From Gemmatimonadota bacterium (lineage in GTDB: Bacteria > Gemmatimonadota > Gemmatimonadetes > Palauibacterales > KS3-K002): a stretch of DNA of 58,214 nt. Positions 16,776 through 25,690 of this stretch are shown here, piece by piece. The position numbers and the translations under genes are program-made. The stretch's first letter is position 1. Each line of letters starts with the position of its first letter. Location of the stretch: contig JBDHAL010000011.1 in NCBI GenBank assembly GCA_039588075.1, positions 1 to 58,214 of the forward strand, in the 5' to 3' direction. The notes below the pieces were generated by a model. The model ran no database searches, was not told the origin of the DNA, and worked only from the letters and a program-made list of their open reading frames with translations.

Positions 16776-19397
16776 TCAATTCTTCGCTCGCCCCTCCAAC
16801 TCGGCCGTCCAGTTGAGCACGACCACCACCTGCCGCTCCCCCTCGGCGCTCCTCACCATGATGAAGCGGTCACCATCGGGATGGATGTCGTAGTTGGTGT
16901 GGTGGGGATTGGGAACGTACGGCCCCTCGAACAGCACCTGGCTGGCGCCCACCCTGAATACGGGCTGCGTCTCGACGGTGACGGCGACCAATTCGTCGCC
17001 GCGCCGATAGAAGATCTCACGTGCATCGGGTGACCAGAGCGGCTCGGTTCCGCCCTCGGTCGAGATCTGCCACTTGGCGCCGGACTCGGCGAACGTGCCG
17101 ACATACACTTCGCTGCGTCCCGACTCGTCCGACACGTAGGCGACGTAGCGTCCATCGGGAGAGACTCGCGCGGCCCGCTCCTGGTCCGGTGAGGCGAACA
17201 ACGGGCTCGGCTGCCGGTCGCCCTCGAGAGGAAGCACCCAGAGGTCGCGTCCGGTCTGAGGGTCGTTCTGCCGGTAGACGAGACTCTTGCCGTCAGGCGC
17301 CCAGGCGATCTCCCACTGCGACAGTTCTGTCGCAAGCAAGGGCTCCGCCGAGCCGCTGCCATCGGCGGGCCTCCAAAACAGATCCGGGCTCCCGGCGCGC
17401 ACCGTTATGAATGAGACGCGCCGACCGTCCGGCGACCATTCGGGGTAGAAGTTGTTGCTCACAAAGGTAAGGCGCGAAAACGTACCGCGGCCGATCTCAT
17501 AGACCCAGATGTGAAACCCGCCTTCCTCAATACGCAGCGCCACGCTCCGCCCGTCGGGCGAGAATCGCGGCGCATCGAAACCACGGAGTTGCGGCGAAAG
17601 CACTCGCTCCCTGCCCTGGCGATCGACGATAACCAGCGCGCGCTGGGTCTCGTCGCCAGTCAGATAGATTAGAGAGCCGTCGCGAGAGAGTGCAAAATTG
17701 CTGACCCCGCTACCGGTCGCGCCGACGTCAGATTCAACCGAGATGACCGGGCCGCTGAGCTCCAGCCGGCGGGCGTCGAACCCGGCGGTCTTCAAGCCGT
17801 CCTCGGTTCGCCAAACGAGATGCCCCGCGGCGTAGCGTGGAGAGAGGCCCTCTGCGAGATACTTCACCTCTCCCGTCTCGAGGGAAGCCACAGCGATGCG
17901 CGTGTCGAGTTCGTAAGCAACCGTGAAGAACACCGCTCGCACATCCGTGACGACGTCGGGCGCGAGATGATCGATTTCGCCGGCGATGGAGACCGGTGTG
18001 GTGACCCGCTCGGGCGTTCCACCGTCCGCCGGTATTCGGAAGAGCCCGGCCCTGTCAGGTGGGCTGAAGACTATGAAGCCGTCGCGACCCCAGCTCGCGC
18101 CAGCATAGGTGCCATCCTGGATGGTCACCGGGGTACCGCCGCCCAGAGCGACCTTCTTCATCGCGCCATCGGCCAGGAAACCGACCCAGCGGCTGTCGGG
18201 AGAGAAGAACGGCCACGAAGCGCCTTCCGTCCCCTGAATCGGCACAGCCGCAAAGCGATCGAAAGGTCGGAAGTAGAGTCGCCGACCCTCGGAGCCCACT
18301 CCGACATAGACGAAACCGGTGCCGTCGGGCGCCACAGCGATCAGCCGCCCAGCAGCCTCGCCAAGCTGCTCGCTGGCGGGCAAGGTGATGACGAATCGTG
18401 CGACCGGGGTTTCCGAGTTCGTGGCCGGTTCTCGCAGCCATCCTCCGATCGCGGCGACAACGGCGAGAGCCGCTGCAGCGGGCCAGGCAAGACGGGCGAT
18501 CTTCCCAAAGCCGGTCGGCTGGACCGCGCTGACTGCCACGGATGTGGGCCGCGCCGTCACCAATCCCGGTTTGCTGAGCGCCTCGGCGAAATCAGCCGCG
18601 GTCTCGAAGCGGTCGGCCGGTAGCTTCTCCAGCGCCTTGTGAACCGTCGCCGCGACGTGCTCCGGGACGCTCCTCCGCCGCTCTCCCAGCAGGCGTGGAT
18701 CCTCCGTGATGATTTTGGCGACGATCGCCTGCGTGCTCGGACCCGTGTACGGCGGTTCACCCACCAGCATCTCGTAGGTGACGGCGCCCAGCGAGTAGAT
18801 GTCGCTGCGGGCGTCCAGCTCACGATCCGCCGTCGCCTGCTCCGGGCTCATGTACTGAGGCGTCCCCAGCGAGAGGCCGGTCTGAGTCACACGGTCGCCG
18901 CCCGCCGCCCGCACCGCCAGAGCGATGCCGAAGTCCGCCACCACCGCCTGGCCGTCGTGAAGCAGGATGTTCTCGGGCTTGATGTCGCGGTGAACCACAT
19001 CGTGGCGGTGGGCGTAGTCCAACGCGTGGGCGACTTGCGTCGCCACCGCCATCGCCTCCTCCACGGCCAGTTCCCTCTCCTGCTCGAGGCGATCGCGCAG
19101 TGACTCGCCTTCGATGTACGGCATCACGTAGAACAACAGCCCTTCGACTTCGCCGGAGTCGAAGAGCGGCAGGATATGAGGATGCTGGAGGTTGGCGGTC
19201 AGACGGATCTCGCCCAGGAAACGCTTGACACCGAGGACGGCGGTGAGCTCGGGCCGCAGCACCTTGAGCGCGACTTTCCGCTCGTGCTTGAGATCGTGGG
19301 CGCGATACACCGTCGCCATGCCGCCCGCCCCCAGCTCGCCTTCGATGCTGTAACGGTCGGCCAGCGCGGCTCCCAGCCGCTCGGCGATCTCACTCAC
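16776..19397 (-). CDS. Ser/Thr protein kinase with TM segment and C-terminal TolB-like (PD40/WD40-like) beta-propeller repeats
   Basis: Hanks kinase motifs GAGGMATVY, VALK, HRDIKPENILL, DFGIA and SPEQ. The central hydrophobic segment is AWPAAAALAVVAAIGGW. The C-terminal half carries repeated FSPDG/WSPDG/VSPDG propeller blades. Confidence 0.9.
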   Translation of the reverse strand: MSEIAERLGAALADRYSIEGELGAGGMATVYRAHDLKHERKVALKVLRPELTAVLGVKRFLGEIRLTANLQHPHILPLFDSGEVEGLLFYVMPYIEGESLRDRLEQERELAVEEAMAVATQVAHALDYAHRHDVVHRDIKPENILLHDGQAVVADFGIALAVRAAGGDRVTQTGLSLGTPQYMSPEQATADRELDARSDIYSLGAVTYEMLVGEPPYTGPSTQAIVAKIITEDPRLLGERRRSVPEHVAATVHKALEKLPADRFETAADFAEALSKPGLVTARPTSVAVSAVQPTGFGKIARLAWPAAAALAVVAAIGGWLREPATNSETPVARFVITLPASEQLGEAAGRLIAVAPDGTGFVYVGVGSEGRRLYFRPFDRFAAVPIQGTEGASWPFFSPDSRWVGFLADGAMKKVALGGGTPVTIQDGTYAGASWGRDGFIVFSPPDRAGLFRIPADGGTPERVTTPVSIAGEIDHLAPDVVTDVRAVFFTVAYELDTRIAVASLETGEVKYLAEGLSPRYAAGHLVWRTEDGLKTAGFDARRLELSGPVISVESDVGATGSGVSNFALSRDGSLIYLTGDETQRALVIVDRQGRERVLSPQLRGFDAPRFSPDGRSVALRIEEGGFHIWVYEIGRGTFSRLTFVSNNFYPEWSPDGRRVSFITVRAGSPDLFWRPADGSGSAEPLLATELSQWEIAWAPDGKSLVYRQNDPQTGRDLWVLPLEGDRQPSPLFASPDQERAARVSPDGRYVAYVSDESGRSEVYVGTFAESGAKWQISTEGGTEPLWSPDAREIFYRRGDELVAVTVETQPVFRVGASQVLFEGPYVPNPHHTNYDIHPDGDRFIMVRSAEGERQVVVVLNWTAELEGRAKN

Positions 19398-19498
19398 GTA
19401 TCGAACTCCAGCCTATTACTCCATGGGCCCAAGACAGCGAAGCGGCCGCCAGGGTACAGCACGACCTAGTAGGTAACGACCCACGTGTGGTGGCGGTT

Positions 19499-19987
19499 TC
19501 ACATCGTTTGTGGGGGTGGCGGGGGGATCACACTCCACATGTTCCGCCACAGCTTCCAAGAACCGTCGGACTGCTTCCTCAGGATCATGAGCCATAAGCC
19601 ACTGAATTCCATCGTCTCACCCTCGCCCTTGACCGTCAAGGTCTCCTCGTAGAAGGCTCGCAAGACAGCCAGGTCTCCTGCGACGACTACCTCGTCCAAT
19701 CGAGGAGTGAACTGGAACGCGTACGTGCTAAATACGGCTTCGTACCTGGGTCGGAGTTCATCCATTCCGCTGATCGGGAGCTCGTCCGGTGGCAAGACCA
19801 CCGCGTCGTCAGCAACGAAGGTCATCCAACCCTCCAGATCCCCTGCGTTGATGGCTGCGTTGTACTGCTCGAACCACGCCCTGATTGCCTCGACCTCGGG
19901 TCCGGTAGTAGTGGTTTGCTGTTCGACGGTTTGGGTGCAGGCCAGCAGAACCAGAGAGATAGGCAAAGCAAGTGCGAGACGGCACAT
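19499..19987 (-). CDS. SnoaL/DUF4440-like (NTF2 fold) lipoprotein
   Basis: Lipobox LLAC at residues 14-17. The segment YNAAINAGDLEGWMTFVADDAVVLPP...LWLMILRKQSDGSWKL is typical of DUF4440/SnoaL-like proteins. Confidence 0.55.
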   Translation of the reverse strand: MCRLALALPISLVLLACTQTVEQQTTTTGPEVEAIRAWFEQYNAAINAGDLEGWMTFVADDAVVLPPDELPISGMDELRPRYEAVFSTYAFQFTPRLDEVVVAGDLAVLRAFYEETLTVKGEGETMEFSGLWLMILRKQSDGSWKLWRNMWSVIPPPPPQTM

Positions 19988-20004
19988 AAACTCCCCCTTT
20001 ACGA

Positions 20005-22254
20005 TCAGGACCGAAACAGGGACGCGGCGTGATTCAGAAGCAGTGAAAGAAGCCTGCGCTCTTCCCTGTTGTAGAAGAGGCCACCCTCTCTCGGTCCAAG
20101 GATCAACAGGCCGGGATACGATTCGCTCTTGCCAATCCTCGAGACGAGTACCGGCCCGGCATCTGTGGTCACCACTGTCGAAGCCTGATGCTCCAGCGCC
20201 CCTACGGCGGCCCCGGCGAGCAGCGCGGTCGGTGGGTCGCTCGCCGAGCCCCAGTCCCTGGCAAACAGATTATCGTTCCTTCGGACAAGCACGATGCACG
20301 GCGTCGGCCCCAGCGCTTCACTCAACCGCTGTCCCAACGCACCAGCCGGGGACGAACCTTTAGCAAGGCTTCCAAGCTCCTCCGAGATGTCAGCGACCAC
20401 GCGATCGAGTCTTTCCGACTCGGGGAAGAATCTTCGGGTGACCGTATTGGCGACCCAACGCTGAGATACAGCAACGACGCCCGCCGCCAGCGCCGTTGCC
20501 CCCAGATCGTTGAGCCAGCCAAGACCCAGAATGCCCGCCGGCACGAGGCGCTCAATGGTGACGTCGAGAGAGAGCCACGCGAGCACGAAGACAACGGTCA
20601 ATCCCGAATACAGTGTCGCGCGCTTCACGATGAGGTCGACATCCCACAGCCCACGGCGGATCATTGCCAGCAGCACCCCCAGAAAGGGAAGACCCATGGC
20701 CAACGCGCTGACTGCTCCCAGCGCTGCTATGATGGGCCGGCGTTGCAGCTCGTAGGCGGATGAGCCGGCAGACGCGGCAAATGCAAACTCGGAGAGCCAG
20801 GTTATGATGAACAGCGTGAAGCCAATGGCGATCGTGTAAAGGACCATCCTGGCTTGTCCAAGCTCCTCCGCTGCCTTCTCGCGCCTGACCCGATCGACCG
20901 CCAACCACACGATCCTGACCGGTACCGTGAAAACGAGAACCATCCCGACCGCGAATGCCGCCCCGAATGCGATGAGGAGCGGCAAACCAACGCCGAGGGT
21001 GAACAGCGGCGTGAGAGTAGACTCCGAGCGACTGAGCCAGTGCACGAATATCGCCCCTGGAAACATCAGGGTACAAGCAACCAGACCCTTGGCAGGAACT
21101 CTGAAACGCCGCGGCAGCACTTGATCCGTGTCAGGGAACGCTTGCAGGAACCAGAGAAAAGCGCAGAGAATTCCCGGTATCAGTACGAAAGCCAGCCATG
21201 CCTGCCTCGACAACCAGTCCATCGGCGTACCGACCAGCAGCGGCGTGCGCCACGCCAACCAGTGCCAGCTGAAGCCGAGAATCTCGAGCAAGCCCCACAG
21301 CACGCAGACAACAACGAAACGGGGCGTGGCAACATCTCCCGACCGCGCGCGAAGGGCGAGAAGCCCGGCCAGCAACACGAAGATCGCCACAATCGACCCA
21401 GTGAGCGAAGGGATCGACGGCACAATGCCGTACGGCACCGCTCTGACCTCGACGACGCGCCAGTCCAGAACAGTGACGACCTCGGCCAATTCCTCTGAAC
21501 CCTCGCGGCCGGAGCCGCCACCGCTTCCTCCACTGCGTCGTTCGTCCGGGCGGATGTAGTCAAACCGCACGATCGAAAGGTCCCGGGAGCCACACCAGCG
21601 GAGACCGACAGACACGAGCTGTCCCGGCGCGCCAGGTATGGCTACGCCCGAGGAGTCTATGACAACCCTAGACGTGTCCTTGCTCACCCACTCGATGGGG
21701 AGAGGATTACCGGCCGCATCGGTGGCGCTGAGGATCGTCCTTCGCCCTGATACCAGGACGGCCGGATCCACTGCGAGGGGCTCGGAGCCCACAAGCAGCA
21801 GGTTCGCTTCCTCCAACCCTGCTAGAGATGCCTTCAGGCTGTCCCGCCATCCATCGACTCGGCAATCTGGGGCCAACGGCTGATCGTTGAAGGCCAGGAC
21901 CCGATCCCCGGGTTGGACGCCGACATCGCTGACGTGGACCTCGTCGACCGTCCATTCCTGTGGGAAACCGCTCAGATCCATTCTTCGGCCAGCAGCGGCC
22001 CCGCCGATGGCGTAGCCCAGGCGGCGGGCCGTCGATTGGCTGACCTCGAAGGGAAGGCGGCTGGGTGTGACGGTGGCCATCATCTGGAGGACTATCCCGG
22101 CAAAGACGACGACGAGAGCGAGAGAGAGTGCAGCAGCAAGGGCGAAACGGACTCGGCGGTCCATTCCGGCAGACGGTGCGCGCGGTCTGCGCAGATCGAT
22201 ATCCCCGCGTCGGTCTCGCTTCCAGAGCATGGCCGAGTTCCGATCCGAGCTCAT
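20005..22254 (-). CDS. large polytopic membrane protein, possible sensor (PDZ-like N-terminal region, about 10 TM segments, GAF-like C-terminus)
   Basis: 749-aa ORF with many hydrophobic helices. The N-terminal segment VSDVGVQPGDRVLAFNDQPL is PDZ-like. The C-terminal soluble domain ends ...LFYNREERRLLSLLLNHAASLF. The domain calls are weak and made by eye. Confidence 0.65.
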   Translation of the reverse strand: MSSDRNSAMLWKRDRRGDIDLRRPRAPSAGMDRRVRFALAAALSLALVVVFAGIVLQMMATVTPSRLPFEVSQSTARRLGYAIGGAAAGRRMDLSGFPQEWTVDEVHVSDVGVQPGDRVLAFNDQPLAPDCRVDGWRDSLKASLAGLEEANLLLVGSEPLAVDPAVLVSGRRTILSATDAAGNPLPIEWVSKDTSRVVIDSSGVAIPGAPGQLVSVGLRWCGSRDLSIVRFDYIRPDERRSGGSGGGSGREGSEELAEVVTVLDWRVVEVRAVPYGIVPSIPSLTGSIVAIFVLLAGLLALRARSGDVATPRFVVVCVLWGLLEILGFSWHWLAWRTPLLVGTPMDWLSRQAWLAFVLIPGILCAFLWFLQAFPDTDQVLPRRFRVPAKGLVACTLMFPGAIFVHWLSRSESTLTPLFTLGVGLPLLIAFGAAFAVGMVLVFTVPVRIVWLAVDRVRREKAAEELGQARMVLYTIAIGFTLFIITWLSEFAFAASAGSSAYELQRRPIIAALGAVSALAMGLPFLGVLLAMIRRGLWDVDLIVKRATLYSGLTVVFVLAWLSLDVTIERLVPAGILGLGWLNDLGATALAAGVVAVSQRWVANTVTRRFFPESERLDRVVADISEELGSLAKGSSPAGALGQRLSEALGPTPCIVLVRRNDNLFARDWGSASDPPTALLAGAAVGALEHQASTVVTTDAGPVLVSRIGKSESYPGLLILGPREGGLFYNREERRLLSLLLNHAASLFRS

Positions 22255-22441
22255 GATCTCGCCCGGACGGCATCCGTTCCGGGCGCGGAGGTTCTCGTGG
22301 AGTTGTACTCGGAGTCTTGTTAATGGTGGGTCGGCTCCGAGTCGCAGTCAACAAGGAGGCGTTATCGATCCTCAACCCCAATACGATACCGCCCCACCGA
22401 GTAGCGGCAGGGCGGTTCAGTCGTGTTCGGCCAGGATCCAG

Positions 22442-22756
22442 CTAGTTGTTGCGGCGTGGCGCGCTTCTCATCGACGGCGGCACCAGCGAGTCCGGAATGA
22501 AGATCGCCTTGTCGGTTGGCCATTCGGTCATGAGCTGCGGGTGATAGCCCTCCGGATAGTACCGAGCCGGATCGATCTCCCTGTCCCGGATGAACTGTTC
22601 CTGCAGATCGGGACGCTGATAGGGCGGGGGCGGAACCACGAGGCCTCCGTAACGCGCGATCGAGGCGTCGGCGTTGGGAGCTTTGTTGTTGGGGTACTCC
22701 GCGACCACGCCATCACGGACCCAGATCTGATCCTTGGTCATGTTGACGACAACCAT
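22442..22756 (-). CDS. hypothetical protein (104 aa)
   Basis: ORF with coding-like composition (MVVVNMTKDQIWVRDGVVAEYPNNKAP...YYPEGYHPQLMTEWP). No family recognised. Overlaps the upstream gene by 44 nt. Confidence 0.4.
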   Translation of the reverse strand: MVVVNMTKDQIWVRDGVVAEYPNNKAPNADASIARYGGLVVPPPPYQRPDLQEQFIRDREIDPARYYPEGYHPQLMTEWPTDKAIFIPDSLVPPSMRSAPRRNN

Positions 22757-23099
22757 GTCCGGGGCGCCCGGATGATAGGGGCACCAGGACTTCCACCTCC
22801 AGATCGCTATCGGCGATCACGTTGGCGCTGGCGCCGAGCCCGTCAACGAACGACATCTCGCCGAACACCTCGCCGGGGCCCAGGCGCGCTATGGCGAAGT
22901 CACGGCCGAAATGGGTCCTCTCGATTCGAACCGTCCCCTTGCGGATCGTGTACAGCGCCTGGGCCAAACTCCCCTCCTCCAGCACGGTGTCGCCCGCGGC
23001 GTACTTCGTCAGCCGCGCCTTCTCGCTGAGCAGGCGCCGGTCGTCTTCCGTAACAAACCGAAATGCATCGCCAGCCCGGGCGTCTTGAGTCGGATCCAT
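22713..23099 (-). CDS. cyclic-nucleotide-binding (CAP effector-type) domain protein
   Basis: The segment ...TKYAAGDTVLEEGSLAQALYTIRKGTVRIERTHFGRDFAIARLGPGEVFGEMSFVDG...ANVIADSDLEVEVL matches the cNMP-binding beta-roll with the FGE motif. The last ~23 residues look like out-of-frame filler. Confidence 0.7.
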   Translation of the reverse strand: MDPTQDARAGDAFRFVTEDDRRLLSEKARLTKYAAGDTVLEEGSLAQALYTIRKGTVRIERTHFGRDFAIARLGPGEVFGEMSFVDGLGASANVIADSDLEVEVLVPLSSGRPGHGCRQHDQGSDLGP

Positions 23100-23459
23100 G
23101 CTAGCCGCCTCCTAATCTGCGCAACGTGATCGCCCTCGAACACATCCTTCGTATTGAATTCGCGACTGGAACCGCAGACAGGCGGGGCTTGCCCGGTGAG
23201 TGAGCGAATCGAGAGCAAGCATGGGTCGGCCCGCGGCGGCGCGACTTATCGGCTTGGGATCAGTGGCTTGTGGTTGGGAGCCCAATCAAAGATGCGGTGC
23301 TTACAGGCGGCAATCAACAAGCGCTCTACTGCCTCGATCGTCCCTCCAATTCGGCCGTCCAATGGGCGATCATTGACCGGGCCGACTCTTACGAGCCATA
23401 CTGATGCATACGCCAAAGTGGCTACCGGTAAACCCAAAATCAGGCGATGGAGGGACACC

Positions 23460-25376
23460 ATGAACACGGCACGCTTGGCTTTCGGGTCAGTGTTGGCGTT
23501 CCTTGCGGGTGCGTACCTGCTGGGTTGCAGCGAAGGTACCGAGCCAGCGACTACGCCGGTTAGCGTCGAGATTACGACGGGCGACTACACTTTCACAGCC
23601 CTGAGCCAGACCAGGCAGTTCAGCGCGGTGGCGCGAGACGCGACGGGCAGTGTGATTGGGGACGCGAGCTTCACCTGGAGCTCGTCGGCGCCGGGTGTGG
23701 CGACGGTAGACAACGGTCTCGTTACGGCGATCGGTAACGGGGAGGCGACGATCACAGCAAGGTCAGGTGATGTGTCGGGCAGCGCCACGGCGACCGTCAG
23801 TCAGGAGGTCTCTGGAGTCGTTGTCGATCCGAACCAGTACACGCTCACCGCGCTCGACGAGACGTACCAGCTCAGTGCTGACGCCCGGGACGCGAACGGA
23901 CACTCGGTCGCCGGGCAAACGTACGGCTGGCAGTCGGACGACCCGAACGTGGTCTCCGTGGATTCCAGAGGCATAGTGACGGCGGTAGCCAATGGCGGGC
24001 CGGTGAGTATCACGGCGACGACGGCGGGATTCAGCGGCACCGCCATGCTGAGCGTGGTGCAGGCCACGGCGAACGTGGAGGTGACGCCGGATGGTTGTAC
24101 TCTGGCGGAACGCGGCGCGACGTGCCTGCTGGCCGCGATAGCGAGGGACGCGAACGGCAACGAGATCATCGGATCGAGCTTCGCCTGGAGCACGTCGGAC
24201 GAGAACGTGGCGACGGTGGCGGGCGGCCTGGTGACGGCCGTGGGGCCGGGGCAGACGATCATAACGGCGAGTGCGGCTGGAGCGGATGACCAGACGAGTG
24301 TCAGCGTCATCCTCTACGCCCAGGTGAGCGCCGGTTCGAGTCACACGTGTGGTGTGACGACCAACGGGACGGCCTACTGCTGGGGCTACAACTGGAAAGG
24401 GGAGCTGGGAGACGGCACGACGACACGTCGGTCGACACCGGCGGAGGTCTCCGGCGGCCTAAGCTTTGCCTCGGTAACTGCAGGGTATCTGCATAGCTGC
24501 GGCCTGACGATCGGGGGTGCGGCTTACTGCTGGGGCTACAACATCGACGGGCAGCTGGGCGAGGCCACCACGACAGACCGCCTCACACCTGCAGCGGTCG
24601 CCGGCGGCCTGAGCTTTGTCTTGCTAGACGCCGCCGACTCGCATACCTGCGGCTTGACCGGCAGCGGGACAGTCTACTGTTGGGGTCGCGGCTCGGCCGG
24701 GCAGCTGGGGAATGGGACGACGACGGGAAAGCAGACGACGCCTGTCGCGGTGACCGGTGGCCATACCTTCGCCTCGCTGAGTACAGGACGTTCCCACAAC
24801 TGCGGCGTAGCGAACGGCGCGACAGCCTACTGCTGGGGAAACAACACGTCCTGGGAACTGGGCGATGGTACAGGGACAAATCGTTCCTCACCCGTGGCGG
24901 TCGCCGGCGGTCTGACCTTTACCTCGGTGATTGCCGGAGGATCGCACAGCTGCGGTGTCGCGACCAGCGGGAGGGTCTACTGCTGGGGCCGCAACACTTT
25001 CGGCGAGCTGGGGGATGGCACTTACACAAACCGCTCGACACCCGTGGAGATTTCCGGCGGCCTCGGCTTCGCCGCTCTGACTGCTGGGAGTTTGCACAAC
25101 TGCGGCGTGACGAGCGGCGGGGCAAGCTACTGTTGGGGCTACAACGGTGACGGGCAACTCGGTGATGGTACCATGATCGACCGCACTACGATTCAGGCGA
25201 TCGCCGGCGCGCTGAGCTTCGCTTCGTTGAGCGCGGGCTTTGGGCACAGCTGTGGTGTGACGGCCAGCGGAGCGGCCTACTGTTGGGGTGATAACCTAAG
25301 GGGCCAGTTGGGGGATGGCACGACCGACGACAGCCTGACACCCGTCCGAGTCGTATCGCCCTGGGTGCAGAACTGA
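23460..25376 (+). CDS. lipoprotein with Big_2 (bacterial Ig-like) domains followed by seven RCC1-like repeats
   Basis: SD GGAGGG precedes the ATG at 23460. Lipobox LLGCSEG. Four repeats follow the pattern SS.P.VATVD..GLVTA...GEATITA. Seven repeats follow the pattern H(T/S/N)CG(V/L)T..G.AYCWG.N..G(E/Q)LGDGT. Confidence 0.85.
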   Translation: MNTARLAFGSVLAFLAGAYLLGCSEGTEPATTPVSVEITTGDYTFTALSQTRQFSAVARDATGSVIGDASFTWSSSAPGVATVDNGLVTAIGNGEATITARSGDVSGSATATVSQEVSGVVVDPNQYTLTALDETYQLSADARDANGHSVAGQTYGWQSDDPNVVSVDSRGIVTAVANGGPVSITATTAGFSGTAMLSVVQATANVEVTPDGCTLAERGATCLLAAIARDANGNEIIGSSFAWSTSDENVATVAGGLVTAVGPGQTIITASAAGADDQTSVSVILYAQVSAGSSHTCGVTTNGTAYCWGYNWKGELGDGTTTRRSTPAEVSGGLSFASVTAGYLHSCGLTIGGAAYCWGYNIDGQLGEATTTDRLTPAAVAGGLSFVLLDAADSHTCGLTGSGTVYCWGRGSAGQLGNGTTTGKQTTPVAVTGGHTFASLSTGRSHNCGVANGATAYCWGNNTSWELGDGTGTNRSSPVAVAGGLTFTSVIAGGSHSCGVATSGRVYCWGRNTFGELGDGTYTNRSTPVEISGGLGFAALTAGSLHNCGVTSGGASYCWGYNGDGQLGDGTMIDRTTIQAIAGALSFASLSAGFGHSCGVTASGAAYCWGDNLRGQLGDGTTDDSLTPVRVVSPWVQN

Positions 25377-25690
25377 GAGTCCGTCAGACGCCATAATACC
25401 TAGCCGCCGCCCGGCGCTCGTGCTTGAGATGCGGCCCGCAGTTCGCCCGGGACTACAGCACAATCTCGTAGGTGACGACCAAACGAGTGGTGGAGGTTCC
25501 TGCCCAGTATTCCGGCCTGGGACCCGAACGCGGTGAGCCTTGCTCCAGAAAACGCCCGCGGATACTAATAGGGTCCCGAAGCTTGTCAACATTAAGAATC
25601 GTTATGGTAGGGTAGACGCACTAGCACGATCAGATTTCGAGGACTCCTCGGTTTGAGCTGACCCACCCAGGCTTAACAGGAGACAGAAGG

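Noticed and set aside
23154-23459. N-terminal extension of the Big_2/RCC1 ORF
   Set aside because: An internal ATG at 23460 has a GGAGGG SD and a lipoprotein signal peptide. The upstream part has no coding character.
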